Notes: generated by a model from the sequence alone, not told the origin. A stretch of DNA of 58,148 nucleotides, filler included, from Dirinaria sp. TL-2023a (GCA_051941275.1; 3 parts of 3 records of this genome joined end to end with filler, not necessarily neighbours in it); one strand, 5' to 3'; counted from the whole stretch's first letter, positions 11,389 through 29,465 are shown. A program made the numbers and translations.

Positions 11389-14300
11389 CTCCACCGCTAA
11401 TCCTGCACGTCCTATCTTTCCGCGTCTGCTTGGCAGCCATGCAAGCGCTCAGGAGCTGTGACGTACGTACCTGCATATAAATCCAAGTCGGTACGGTACG
11501 GATCACATCGTGATCATGCCCGAGTGCACACCGCCAGAGCCGCTTTCTCCCATTCCTGTTGATCCCTCAGCGGTAGGCATGCGACGCGACCCGCAGGCCG
11601 CAGGCCCGCAAGGGCAAATCCTTTCACAACACTGAGCCCAATCCGTCCGCTTGTGAAGTTTTTACCGAGACACGGGTCCTGCGAATCCTTCCGCCCACAA
11701 AAACAAAAACAACCAGAAGAAAGCCCGGAACCACGGACCAGTGCGGGAGCAGAAATAGTCAATTGACTTTTGTCCTAACCTGCCTGACCGAATGAAGGCA
11801 TAGGTAAAGTGGGTAATCCTATTGTTTCGGACACCGAAAACCCATAGGTCACGTGAACAGAGACATTATCCTTTCCCTTACCTTGCCTAAGGTACCTTAC
11901 ACTACTATTACCTACCTTACTTTGCATTGATCTTCCATTTCCTACTTATTGGTAATACCACACTTAGGTTGTTTCGCAGCCATGACCACGCTTCTATCCT
12001 GGCCCCCAGCGTCAAGCGAGCCGTCCATCGCTCCCCCGCTGCAAGCATCAGTACCTACGGTAAGGTAGGGGCGACAGCAACCAGGGGTAAATGCGCCGGT
12101 TGCCTAAGGCACGGTACAGGTAATAGGTAATGTAGCTCCCCTGCCACTGCATCGTTTTACTTCGGCACCGGTGCATCCCAAGTGCCGGTTTCTTGTCTCG
12201 CTTGGGGATCCCGGGTTTCCAATGCCGGCCTGGTGGAAGGAGGGGTTGCAGGAGTGGCCGCCGCCGCTCGCTTGCTGAAAGGATAAATTATTCCTGTTTC
12301 TCGGGTTCTGGGAACATAGTGTGTGATGGGACTCCTCATAGTGAGATTAGATCCCTTAGTTTAGATCGGTATCATTAATGGAGATTGGTGATGGGAACTT
12401 GGGATAAGGCCCGAGAGATTGAAGATCCCTGGGCTAGCCCTAGACCGGTAAGTGGTAACTCATGATGGGGTTTCGTCAGGGTTTTGGGTGGTTGGGAAAG
12501 ACAATAATTCGGAGGTCGCGCATCTCGGTGGGTTGATCCAAGCAAGGAAAATGGAACCAGGTAAGGAAGGTAAGGCACTGCGCCTTGTCATTATCTATTT
12601 TGTTCACACCATCAATTATAGGATGAGTTGTTCAGGCAATGGCTCAATCATCGGATGTCCTCGGGGCATATCCAGGATTTTGCCTAAGAGCAACTTAGAC
12701 CTTTATCTTGTCTAGGTAGGTACTGAACCTTGCTATTCTATCATGATGTAATTTTGGTCAGATAGCACAGCATATATGGCTATTCTCCCACTAGTTATAT
12801 GTTCTTGAAAACCTATCACTGACGATTAAGAGCACGTGTGGACAGAGAGCACTAGTAGGGCGCTAGGCCTTTCCTTCTATGTACATCTCGTAGAATAGTT
12901 CAGGATCTTCCATGCGCGCTCTATCGGTGAGCCGGACGATGCTATTTCCCTTCCGCATGCGACCGCTTTGCTTCCGCGGTCAAATCATCGTGTTCAGACC
13001 TAACAAAAATAAGATCTTTAATTTGCATGGCTTTGGCATCTGAAGTCTACTATCTCAATGTACTCGTACTCAGCATGGAATTTGGAGTAATTACTACCAG
13101 ATCTCGCCCGATCGATGCCATGCTTAGGCAATGCTCTGGAGGGACTTGCTACGCGTGCGTCTAGAACTCTGAGCTTTGGGTTCGGATGGAGGGTGAGATG
13201 GAGCACTTGTCTGAAGGTAAGGTGTCTGATTGCACTTTCGAGATTAATGCTATCTCTGGTGAGGGAGAGAGTATCTGCGCGCTTTTTTTCTCAGGCGAGG
13301 GGCGAAGTGACTAAACGGCATTGGAATTTGGAGAGTATTGCCGATCTGTAAGAAAGGTACATTGTAAAATATCGAAAGGAGATGGGTATAATCTTGTGAG
13401 AGACCCTGTCACCAGCAATTACGACTAAAAGATAGTGGCCTAGTATTTACTGAGCCACAGACTTCCTATCGAATTGTTGAAAAAAGTCCCCTTTCTTCTG
13501 GATGCCTGGGAAGTATTCAGGTGGCGATGACGAGCAGATGAAGGGTCACGAGTACAATTTGGATCACTGATTGTTGATGGCGCTTGGGAAGCTTCTCCTC
13601 CTGAGAAAATTATTCGTACACAATCATCCAGCATTGCATTGGCGGCAGCGGTTTCGTCCTGATTATCCCCACGGTGCTGGAGGGCTGCTGCGACCTGCAG
13701 CCAATCTGACGTCGAAGCTTGCAAGGAGTGCCCAACAGATCGTATTCAAGTCCTACAAGTCTATGAAAGAAAACATCAACCGGAGTTTGGGATATGGGGG
13801 AATCTCGGTCAAAGCCGAGCGCCCGGCAGCATCCGGTGGGCCTCCCTGCGGGAGAGGCAATGAAAGCCACTGGATCGAACGCCACACCTTAAGACTACAT
13901 GTCATTGATGAATCACGAGGAAATGCAATTAAGCCGGTCTATCAATACGTCAAGCTGACGATTGAGGAAGACGAGAAAGTACAGTAAGAAAGCGATGAAG
14001 GGCAGCCTTGGCAGCCACATGCCCGACCGCTAGACGAAGAGTCGGAAGACGAAGACTGGGCTTCGAGAGCATGGGAGTTTTTGCAAAGGCTTGGACGGTA
14101 AAACAAAGTGACAGCTCATGAGAGATACCTTACCTGTTTTGCTAAAAAAGAGGAGAATTGTGTCTGGTACAAAACAGGCAGGGGATTCTAGTGAGTGGGA
14201 ATGTCGTAAGTCAGCTTCATTAATGCTCAACATCTCTCATGCCAGATTAGGAACTAAAGAGGGCAAACATTACCTTAAGCTAGATTCCCTGGCCTGTGAC

Positions 14301-14996
14301 ACTTCATGTATGCAGAATCTTGATCTCGATTGTGAAGGAACCTCACATACAAGGAACAAAGAACCAAGGAATGGGATCCATTAAGGTAGTGTGTCCTGTA
14401 CCTATGTACTTTATGTTCTTACATAAGGTACATTACTTTACCTTGTGCTGTCTCTGTTTCTAGCCGAAACCCCTCACTAAGATAAAGTCGGACACTGCAA
14501 GCGCTTTCGTATCAGGTTTAGCGCCAAATACCCGAGGCAATCGACTTCCTCTCACATGGAACGAGGGAAGGACAATCTGTTGAACCTCACTTTATCGACA
14601 ATCTGCACCATACCTCGACACGATCATTTGATCTCTCATGCTCCAGTCCAAATATATTCCAAGGCTGTCTGCAGTAATCCTCGAGACTCGCGCTTATCAG
14701 CAACCACCGGTCACGATCGGTACTGCTTGGTAAAGCAGTAAGGTAGTTATCTGGGAGTCGCGACAGTGAGTCCAATTCCAGATACCCTCCAAATGTTTGC
14801 GATCACAAGCAAAGTATCGAATTAATACTGCAACGCAGACTTCGCGATATCTGGTTGCCATTGCGAAGACTGTCTTGGCAGAGAATCCAGACTTTCCACA
14901 GGTCTCTGCACATCGACGATCACCAGTGAGCAGGTCGATTCTGCTTTGCGCTTGGAGGTTCTCGTATGAATGTGACCGCAAACCAAATAGATCGAG

Positions 14997-18014
<3,018 letters not shown>

Positions 18015-19319
18015 TGCAACCTCTCGAACAACCTACCATGGCTATATCATGAAGCATATCAGCATTCCGCCGGCATTGCCGGCCAGGCGCTCCTGGCTGC
18101 AATGGACTTTTCAGCATGTATAGCAAATTCTTTTATTTGTCGATTAGATGATACCTTTCTGTTCCCGCTTGCACAGCTCGCTTTTCTTTTTCTTTTTCGT
18201 TTCTTTTAAACTGGAGGCTAGCGAGATGTCCCACAACGACTTTCCACACAATGACGCCTAGCTAGTTTCGCACAGATAAGCTAGCTTGGGCTATAATCTA
18301 TTCAACGATACTATAAAATCCATGGGGCGAATCGAGTCCCATCCAATCGAGTAAGTGTGATTCAACTCCTTTTTTTTTTGTCTTTTTTGCCTATACAAAA
18401 AACATGCCTGCTGATTGAATACCTTCAGGTGGCTCGACATGTTTCAGCTCTGCAATCGCATTTCAAAAGATCACACATACAGTATCTATCTACAGACATA
18501 CATACAATACTACAGCCAAAAGCAAGGTACCCACCCTTATGCCAAAAAAACCCGCAAGCAAGAAGACAAATAAAGCAAACCTGAAACGGGGGTAAAAATC
18601 AGAGCGAATCTGTTTGTGGAGCAGCCAGCCCCAATGTCACTTTTCCCCTTTCCTCTCCACCTTCCCCCTTTCAAAGCATAAATCCCCATGCCTACCTAGA
18701 GAGGTACCTACCTCACCTCACCTCACCTTTACCTGCTCGGTTCTGGAGGGGGGGGAGAGGGGTATGATTGATGGGGCAGCAGCAGCAAAACCGCTTCTAG
18801 CTAGCTACATGTAGGTAAGGTACGAGTACCACATTGAATATATGTAGGTGTGTAGGTAGTGCAAGTGGTGTGGTTGCGTAGGGTAGATGTAGATAGATAG
18901 ATCAAGAACGGAATTTGAGAGCCGGGCTATTGTTTTTTTTTTTTTTTCTTTCTTTTTTTTTTTTTTTGAAATATAAAAGATCAGGACTTGACCTTCTTCA
19001 GCATTGATACCTGTCTACCTTGTATTAACATTGAATTTCCTAACCCATGTCCCTCTTTCCTTTCCTTTGCTATGCAAGGTAAGGTAAGGTACTTCTAGGT
19101 AGGCATCACATACCTAAAGTATCTTATCTTATGTCGAGATCGCGTCGCTTTTCCTACCTACCTACCTACCTACCTATCTACATTTCTACTTGATACAAAA
19201 AATGCTTAATGTAATGTAGGCTATGCGTACCCCATACCCCTTAATCCTTATGGGCTTCTTTCATCCCTCCTCTCCAAACGGATAATTAAACTTCAACAGC
19301 CCATTCAACCCTCCCACCC

Positions 19320-19419
19320 NNNNNNNNNNNNNNNNNNNNNNNNNNNNNNNNNNNNNNNNNNNNTTAATTAATTAANNNNNNNNNNNNNNNNNNNNNNNNN
19401 NNNNNNNNNNNNNNNNNNN
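19320..19419. other. Artificial assembly spacer (N44-TTAATTAATTAA-N44)
   Basis: Exactly 100 nt, with a six-frame-stop linker in the middle; identical design at 38739-38838. Confidence 0.97.
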
Positions 19420-20132
19420 ATGTAGGTGCTGATTGTTGGGAGGGTTGGGATCGGTTCTGCTTCTGTTTCTTGCTCTTCTTCGTCGGTTGAGGAGGCTTGG
19501 GGGGACGGCGAAGGCGATGGAAGGATGCGCTGGCGCTTTGCGCTCGGAGAGGAAGAGTTCTGGGATGCTGATAGAGAGCTACTTTCCATAGGCCGCTTTT
19601 TGGAGATCGACACTGGTTGCGAATCTGGAATTACACTCGGAGGCGTCTTCCACGAGTCTGCTTGTCCTTGCGGGAGAGGTGTTTCTTGTACACCCTCTGC
19701 ACCAATGTTCCCTATCTTTGGGTGGATCTCTGTCCATGGTGTTCTTGCGATATCGATCTTGGTGGGCTTTTTGGCGATTGTGTCCGGGATGAAGGCTGGG
19801 GTCGTATAGGCGGATGGTCTCAGATGGGTCGGAGCAGAAGCTATCGGTGTGTCTAATCCTTTCCCTACGAGCTCTTGAGAGGCATCCTCTAGCACTTGCC
19901 GAAGGAGCCGATCGGTGGAACTGGGGATTGCATTTTTGTCTCCGCGAGCTTGTTCATTTGATACTTTCTGCTCGTGCACTTCGAGTGGTTCTTTCTCTTG
20001 TGGTACTAATCGCACTCGCGTGATAGGCTCGAAGCTGAGGAATCCCTTCAATTGTTGTCGGTATCGAGCATCATCTGAAGCCAAGCTAGGGGCAGAGATA
20101 TGGACATGGATGTCTGGGTCTGGATGGCGCAT
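19420..20132 (-). CDS. Hypothetical fungal protein, 3'-truncated by the assembly gap
   Basis: Open frame from ATG 20132 into the gap. The N-terminal block DIHVHISAPSLASDDARYRQQLKGFLSFEP looks conserved and is followed by a Ser/Pro-rich linker. The stop in the ORF track comes from the spacer. Confidence 0.65.
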
Positions 20133-21578
20133 GCTTTAGCTTCATCATTGAGCTTCTGGAGTGGCTGACGAAATCAAGCTGGAAACGACGATGTAAGGTT
20201 GCATTCGATGTTCAATTATGAAGAGAAACAAATACAGAGGACAATGAGTGTTGCCATGGAAGCACATGTGAGGACTTTGGTAACCGCCAATCATGGCTGT
20301 GTAAGGTCGAGAGCTGAGATGTCGTCATAAGTTTGGGGTCAACATGTGTGTAAGGTAAGGTGGTATCATGAAATCCAAAAGTCTGGAGCTCAACAGTGTG
20401 TCTGGACCACCCAAAATGGATCTCTGAAATGGGCCATTCTCATTTCAAACACATCGATCCCAAATTTTGAGTGAAGTATATAATATTCATGACTAGTTCC
20501 TGACCGCGGCTACTGCTCTGTACTTGGTCTCTAATAGATATGTGAGAAACTGGGGTTATATTAGGGTCCAAGGAGCGCATCAACCTCATTTTTAAATCGC
20601 CAGACATGGTAGTAGAGTGCTTAGGTTAGATGCTTGATTCTTCTAGTGCCACCTTATGTACTCCTGAGGATCTCACTGACCTTAAGTAGACACGAATAGC
20701 GAACAATCCAGGTCGTAAGTGCATCTCTGTACCAAACAACAAATAACACATGCTCACCTCAGAAGCGTGACCCAGGGATTTGTGCAGATTCACCCAAACA
20801 ACATATTTTCATGAATTGCATACTTCCGTCGAGTCAATCCTGCAATCGCTGCTGGCGGTTTCTAGGTTCCTGACTACCGCTCTAGATCAAATTGAGGAAA
20901 AGAAAGGTTGAGACTCATTACATTTTTCGTCAAAGGACGCTCCACACCTCAGTTTGAAGGCATTTTATGGTTTGGGCGCTCACCAGTGATTTTTCATCTA
21001 TTAAATTTCCACTGCCCATGCTGGAAAGAGAATATACTTCCACTAAATACTTGGTACGTATGGCCGCTGCACTCACTTTTCACGCCCTGTAGTGTGGGTT
21101 TTGAGCAGGCGATAAACAAGGTCCTGGGCGGGGTGATTTTAATAATTGACCTCTTGATCTATGCGGCCAGTGCTCTTACTCGTTCGTAACAGCTTCAAAG
21201 ATGGAGAATTGGCGTTTGCCCAGTCATTGATCGTCTCTGAATTCCCTACAGAAGCGGCCTTTTATCAGAATATTGCATGTCAACGAGCTTTTTATTAAGA
21301 AAACCTTTTTGGGGCTTTGCAGTGCCTACACGCATCGTGAAAATGAGCGTTGCAGGAGATTCATGAAGATGAGTGGAATGCCACTCGTGATGAAGGCCCG
21401 CACTTCTCTTCGAGAACCCTGCCATTGCGCACTGGTATTAAGCGAACTTCTCATGCTACCGTATGCGCTAATTTTGTAGTCAAGGCTAGCCCTGGCACAT
21501 GTAAACCAGAAATGGAGCCAGAATAGTTCTCCACGATGGCTCGTATAGATGGTTTGGCATTTTTTCGCCTACGCATGT

Positions 21579-23279
<1,701 letters not shown>

Positions 23280-24768
23280 AATTGAGACTTTACTTTAGAC
23301 CCAACCCAAAGCCTGTCAAACAATGGCGAGCTCGTCTCTAGGAGAGGACATGAGCCTTGAGATATTCGCACAGAAAGATGTTGACGTGATGCGAGTGCGG
23401 CTCGTGGCTACAATGCTGCTGCTGCTCACTAGACCGACTTCCGAAACCGACGGGTTTTCAGAGCTGCCACAGCGAAGGCGGCTCTTGCGTTTACTTCAGG
23501 ATTCTCAGAGGATGGGGACAGCACATTGAAGGGGGGGCCGTCAGTATTGAAAAATGTGATTGGCCTGGGGTTTGATAAGGTAAGGCATCTAAGGCGGACA
23601 GCCGATTTGGGATATTGATATGTGACGGGCATGTCTCGGATGCTTGCCAATTTCGCCACGTTCCACGCAAAACGCTCAGCATCTCGAATCGATTGCTCCT
23701 CCCGTCCTGTACGTTCATTGTAGGACGCCCGACACAGTCTGGAAGCCTTTGCGCAATTCGCCTTCCAAGATTATCGCATGCGCACACGAGAAGGCACAGC
23801 TTGTACCGTAAAAATGGCCACCTGTAATAAAACATGCTAGCAGACCCCCCCAGCTTTTGCGTTCCTGAAACATCCTATTACCTCCTATCCCGAATAAGCA
23901 AGCAAGCAAGGACGTCAGGGCGTACCCGATTCGCGTGCTCAAGAGCCAACCAGCTCGTTTGGCGCTGCATATGATACTTTGGCTCTCGGGACAATTGCGG
24001 CTGCCTGCCTCCCCCACGAGACGTGTACTGTACAAGGACGACCCAAACACGAGTACAACCATGGACCAGCCCAGCAGTCTTCCACGATCACGACAAGGCT
24101 CCGTTGCGAACCGCAATGGATGAGCTGTGCCGCTTTTTGAGCCGCAAGGCCACCATTCGCACACGGAGATCGTCATGTAGGCGTTATGCGCTCTGTGCCG
24201 ATGCTGCAGATCACCATGCTCTATCATCGATTCGAAAGCGGCGTTGTCTGCAAGCTCATGTCAGCTTCTCCCATCTACATGGCTCTCGTCTTGGTCATTC
24301 GCTGTGCTCGAGAGTAGAGTTTGCGTAAGATGGACTTCTGTCGCATCAAGCAGCGAGTGCAGCGAAGTCAGCCGCTGTTGTTGTTCCACATCTGCAGCAG
24401 GAAATGCTGCTGTGAAGCTCATCCAGGCGTATATTGCTGGAATTGTCTACGTGTGCATTGAGCCATTCTTGAATTAGAGCACTATGTCTGCGGATACGAT
24501 AATGGTATCATTCTACTTATACCTATCTAAATTTGGCTGTGCTGTATACTAGGAAAAGAGATGAACGAATTGCCTCAGAGGCAAATGACTGGTCATTGTG
24601 GACTACAGATGAGGACGGGCAATTCACAAGACATAGCTTCCTAGCATGACATATCGGAAGCCACAACCATCGCCACCAGACTGCCACCTCCATTGTTCGG
24701 TTTCTTAGCCATCGCATAGAGCCTTGCTTCGACCAGAATTGCACTTGGAGGAATTTTCACCCAATCCA

Positions 24769-25325
24769 TTATTCGGGAAGAGTCAAGGTGATGAGGAAGC
24801 CCAGGAGCATGGCAAACCCCACGGACCACTCAAGTGGCCTGCTAGCAGAACTCGAATTCGCAGTTACAGGTGCGCCCGTTGTCGTATGCGCCACTGGAGT
24901 ACTGGTCGTTGTGCCGTTCGTCAGGTTGTTCGGCACTGTCAAACTGACACCAACACCCTTGCAAAGATTCTTTGTGAAAGTGATTGTCTCTAATGATAGT
25001 CAGCAAAGACCATAAGACTAACGGAGCTTGCGGGTACTTTGCAAGTCGGCTGGGCTGCAGGCTTTCTCGACAACCGGAAGAAGCGAAGTGATAAAGGATT
25101 TGTCGTTGCAGATGCAGCTAATGTCTGTGATCTGGCAGCCGGTCGAGTTAATACTCGAAAGAGCAGCTTGTGTCTATCGCAGATGCTATATCAGCACAGG
25201 CGATGGGTCAATAGAGATGGTGTACGCACAGCACACTGAGGAACATCAGAAATGCTCTGTGACTGCACGCACGATAAATATATGATAATGCATATATTCC
25301 AAGTCCAAAATGAAGACATGTTCAT
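24769..25325 (-). CDS. Small secreted, probably GPI-anchored CFEM-domain protein, 150 aa; exons 25325-25230, 25173-25038, 24989-24769
   Basis: Absent from the ORF track. Spliced product MNMSSFWTWNICIIIYLSCVQSQSISDVPQCA|TQAALSSINSTGCQITDISCICNDKSFITSLLPVVEKACSPADLQ|KTITFTKNLCKGVGVSLTVPNNLTNGTTTSTPVAHTTTGAPVTANSSSASRPLEWSVGFAMLLGFLITLTLPE*. It has a signal peptide, the CFEM PxCA...GC..D..CxC pattern, a Ser/Thr stalk and a hydrophobic tail. Both introns are GT-AG and in phase. Confidence 0.88.
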
Positions 25326-26722
25326 TTTCTAATCCCTTTGATCAAGAAACTCGATGATTTTTGCTTAAAGGAGCATACAGGCACTACCAGATATTTAAGA
25401 CGGGCTTGCGAAGGGATCCCGCAAGGCACAGCAAGATTAGAGAGGCGGTCTTGTTTCCCAAGCTTCGAAAATGTCTCGCCTTTTTTTTTTTTTTTTTTCT
25501 TTCCAATTGGCAGAAGCCTTAGCTTAGCATATGATATGCGAGGCATAGAGTTTTGTGAGGCGAAGCTCTACAACCGCAGAAGCTGGTTTCGCTCCTAGGG
25601 CGATCATATGCAATGATTGGCAACGAATTATGCCAAAGGGCTTCGGACGAGGACGCAGTCAGCGGTGTCGTCGTACCCGAGCTGTGTCCATCATGGAAGA
25701 GAGGAGGCCTTCAAATGTGTCGCGCGCAATCAGGTTTTGTGATCCCAAGGGCCTCGAATAAGCCTCTTCCTTCGAAACTGAAGACTCAGCAAATTCAGTT
25801 CACTCCATAGTGTGCGGCAACGACTTGATGTATGCCACACATGCAAACATGGTGTGATCTTGCGTCTCCCGCTTTACGCCCGAAAATTTCAATACCTCCA
25901 GAAAGATGATGTCGCTCGTCTGGGTGTGCTTCCAGCTAGATACCAATTGCTGAAAGGGTGTACAATGGGCTAATTGATTACATACAGAACCGTGTGACAT
26001 GAGTTTCATCCGCCAGTCTAGAAAAGAAGCACTGCCAGGGTGCCCCACCTCCTAACAACGAATCAATTTTCACCACGGCCCAACTTGCTGCTATTGTATT
26101 TTCATCCTCACGGTAGAGCCGTGCTGTAGCTGCTGATAATGTTTCAGCAGTAGAGGTAGCACTGCTTATCTACAGGGAAAGAGCTCCACATTTCCTACAA
26201 GCCTGGTACACAGTGCGCCCACGCCTAGTCCACTGAAGCCTCGCAGCATCGTGACACAGTCTCAGCTCCTCCCGAAAACCTCCCCAAATTTGAGTCGCCT
26301 TTCTGGAAAGGATGTCGCACCCCTCTTCCGATTCGCTACGGTTCTACGCAGTCATAAGTTCTACACAATCTTCCACTCTTGAATCGCCGAAGAAAAAGCT
26401 TGGAGCTTAAGGCATTCGACGCGAGACTTTCTCATGTCTCCCTGTACTTGTTTGGATCGCTAATATAGGGCATCTAGCCTTGCTGGAAGAGTTAGACATA
26501 ATGGACTACCACACTTGGTCTTCGTTTTCTGATCTATGTTCCTCCCTAACTTTTCATAGACATATGTCCGTTCCTAGTTGACATAGTCTCCTAGATCCTA
26601 TTGAAGGTTCTTCTCACAATTTCTTATTCAACAATTACTACCCTAGAAACTCAGCTCTGAACTGTACTTAAGGCTACTACCAAAAAGAAATTGAAGGTCC
26701 AGCATTGGCCCCGAAGCCTATA

Positions 26723-28414
26723 ATGACTACTTTGTCTTCTTCAAACATTGACCCAGAGCATTTAAAAATTCCGGCTCTGTTTCCTCCGCCGGGCGTCTCG
26801 AGCAACTTCATCGATCCACCATCGCAAGCTAATCACCTCATCATAGCGTGTGCGATATGCCTACCAGCAATGATGATATCTGCGGCGATCCGATTCTATA
26901 CTAAGCTGCACATCAAGCATGTGTGGGGCTTGGATGATTTTAAGTTCAAGTGCAGACAGTAGATGAGTTTTTACTGATTGATTTTAGGGCTTTGTATACC
27001 TGCTATAGTGCAGAATCTCCGCTGTATCGCTCTTGTAACGTGGCTAACCCGAACCAGATCGGTACGGCTGCATTCGCAGCAGTGGCTCTATCTAGTGCGT
27101 CCATCTTCAATTCAATTCTCGTAGGCAATAGCTGATAATAGAACAGCCTTAGGTCATGGCGTTGGCCCTCACCAATGGGATGTTCCCATCACAGTCTTCA
27201 CCCCGAGCTTACTACGAGTGAGTTCTTGGCCTCTTCGGTGTTTCCTACTATCCCCTCTAGGTACATGTTAACGATTTTGAACAGCGGTTTGTGGTTCTCG
27301 ACATGCTCTACTCCCCAACAATCCTACTGGCTAAGCTTTCTTTGCTCGCTCTCTACCTGCAAATATTCCGACCAAATCGAACTCTTAAATACTGTATCTA
27401 TTTCGGTATGATCTTCCTGGCTTTGTTCTATGCTTCGACGTTTACGGCCTACGGTTATTTGTCAATACCCAAGCGAGGGCAAAGTCAGTTTCAAGCCATG
27501 CTCTCAGTAGATACAGCTAGAGATATCCCTTTAGGTATTACACAGGGCGCCGTCAATGTCGTGTCGGATTTTTGCATCTTGATTATTCCAGTTCCTGGGG
27601 TGCTGAAGTTGCAGCTTCCACGAGCGAAGAAAGTTGGTGTCTTGGCTATCTTCATGACAGGTCTATTGTAAGACGACCTGCCTCTATGGCTCTTCAAAGC
27701 ATGAACACCGCACTGATAAACGTCGGAGATAGAGCGTGCATTTCTGGGGCCTTTGGCCTGTACTACCGTGTTCACCTGAAACGCAACGACGACGTTACCT
27801 GGAAGCTCGTTGCAGTCTTACTTTGGGTGTGAGATTTATCCATGCATGCACGATGGATATCGCTAAATCGGATCAGAGTTGTCGAGTTATCTGTCGGCGT
27901 CATGTGCAGTTCACTGCCCGCCTTCGCAGGCTTTCTCCGCTATCACCTTCCCCTCTTGCAGTCGTTGAGATCACGTCTAAGCTCTGCTTTCCGGAGCCTT
28001 GATCTTTCGAACCTATTTAATAGATCCAGCCATAGGGGCAGTACCGAAAAGCTCGCCTCTGGCAATTTCAAGGTCACACTCGGATCTCGGGTCGATGGGA
28101 AAGGACATTTCATGAACACCACGAGTATGTTCGAACGGGGAACAGAACGATCGATGATAGCTCGAACCGAGGCCGACTTGCTACAGAGCGACCATAGCAA
28201 TAATGCAACACGTAGGTTCTTCTACGAAGACGTGGAAAGCGGTCAACAGCCTGCTATCGATAATGATCCAGCATCCTCACAAAGCCAATCAAGCGCAACA
28301 GATGCGATAAGTACCTCACCAGATCATAATCTACGTCACGAACACACCTGGGATCACAACGAACTCCCAACTTCGGCTGAATTGAACGACAAGCCCACCC
28401 GGCGCAATTGGTAG
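26723..28414 (+). CDS. Pth11-like (fungal rhodopsin-domain) 7TM integral membrane protein without CFEM; exons 26723-26939, 26988-27007, 27058-27094, 27147-27217, 27285-27667, 27733-27828, 27877-28414; first donor is defective (TT)
   Basis: Family motifs PPPGVSSNFIDP, IRFYTK, GLDD|WLCIPA, GVGPHQWDVP, AKLSLLALYLQIF, NVVSDFCILIIPVP, KKVGVLAIFMTG, VELSVGVMCSSLP. Splicing is in phase only if intron 1 starts at TTAAGT (26940). Confidence 0.82.
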
Positions 28415-29393
28415 AGGTTGCCGTGGCGCTTGCCTGCTCGGACAGGCTCTTGGGATCTGATAAGCGTCTTTCGCTCCAGAGCTTCTCATGATGGGGATGA
28501 GGAGAAGGTGCTGCAGTCAGGATAGGTCTAGTCGTGAACCAAGCCGAATGCTCTCAGGATCGTGTCACGATGGTGATATTGCGCGCAAACCTATTCTTTG
28601 CTAGGGCAAAGATAATTTATTCTTACAAAACTTGGTCTTCAAAGTCTGTGGAAGCCTCGGCGAAATTTGATAGGAAGTAGGAAGTGCAGAAGAAGGGATG
28701 AGAATGCTATGATAGAAATTTAGTCCTCTAGTATGCCACTGATAGCTCTCATGCATGTGAGACTTAGTGTCAACGAGCAGCTATAAATATATTATTCTTA
28801 GGTAGTAAATTTGTCTATGGTTCTTGTAGGAGGATTAAGTTGTCTACGTAGCATACTGCTACTAAGTATCAATAACAGACAGTAACTCTGCCTAATCACG
28901 CAGTTGGCGCTCATGCAGTAACAGTGCAACTGCTTTTGAGGATAGATTGCATTGGCCTTGGAAGTATATCATTTGCACTTCTTGACGAGCCCCCCTAAGA
29001 CCTAGGTCCGCTGTATCGCATTATCCGTTCGAAGTTTTTGACCGTGCCGCCTGACTACTGTGTCAGTTGTGTACTTTGGGGTTCTATATTTTGAGTAGTG
29101 AGGGTATTCAGAGTTGCTGATTGACTCGTCCGAAATCGAGCCGTTGATGGTGACAGGTTTTCTTTATTTTGCTTTCGTTAGATAGTAATATGCGAAAGGT
29201 CGTTCTCATTGGCTATTGTAACAGTTATCTGGTGGTGCGTAGAGGAGATTAGGAATGAGATTTTAACAGGTGCTGCGAGAGATAGTAACTCGTTAAAAAC
29301 ATAGAGTGATAGACCGGGGGTGATGAACCCTGCTTTAGTAAAATACATTAATCTAAGATTATATATTATAATAAGATACGAAGAATTTCATCC

Positions 29394-29465
29394 AGCATCA
29401 TGGCGCAGCGGAAGCGCGCCGGGCTCATAACCCGGAGGACACAAGATCGAAACTTGTTGATGCTA
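29394..29465 (+). tRNA. tRNA-iMet: Initiator tRNA-Met (CAT), intronless
   Basis: Cloverleaf AGCATCA/TGATGCT with A1-U72 pair, D-stem GCGC/GCGC, anticodon arm CCGGG-CTCATAA-CCCGG, T-loop ATCGAAA (eukaryotic initiator hallmark), followed by an oligo-T Pol III terminator. Confidence 0.96.

Noticed and set aside
6600..14990. Numerous 60-147 aa ORFs in the CRIB-CLA4 interval
   Set aside because: No recognisable domains, no coherent splice chains, many non-ATG starts; treated as chance ORFs.
19364..19375. TTAATTAATTAA palindrome, also at 38783-38794
   Set aside because: Centred in N-runs of fixed length; a synthetic six-frame-stop linker, not biological.
23280..24760. Sterol-regulatory elements or azole-resistance tandem repeats in the CYP51 promoter
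   Set aside because: Only weak partial motifs (CCAAT, ATCACG) expected by chance; no tandem duplication seen.
27218..27284. Internal TAG|GTACAT in intron 4 of the Pth11-like gene
   Set aside because: The downstream piece is only 24 nt; at most an in-frame alternative acceptor, with no support.
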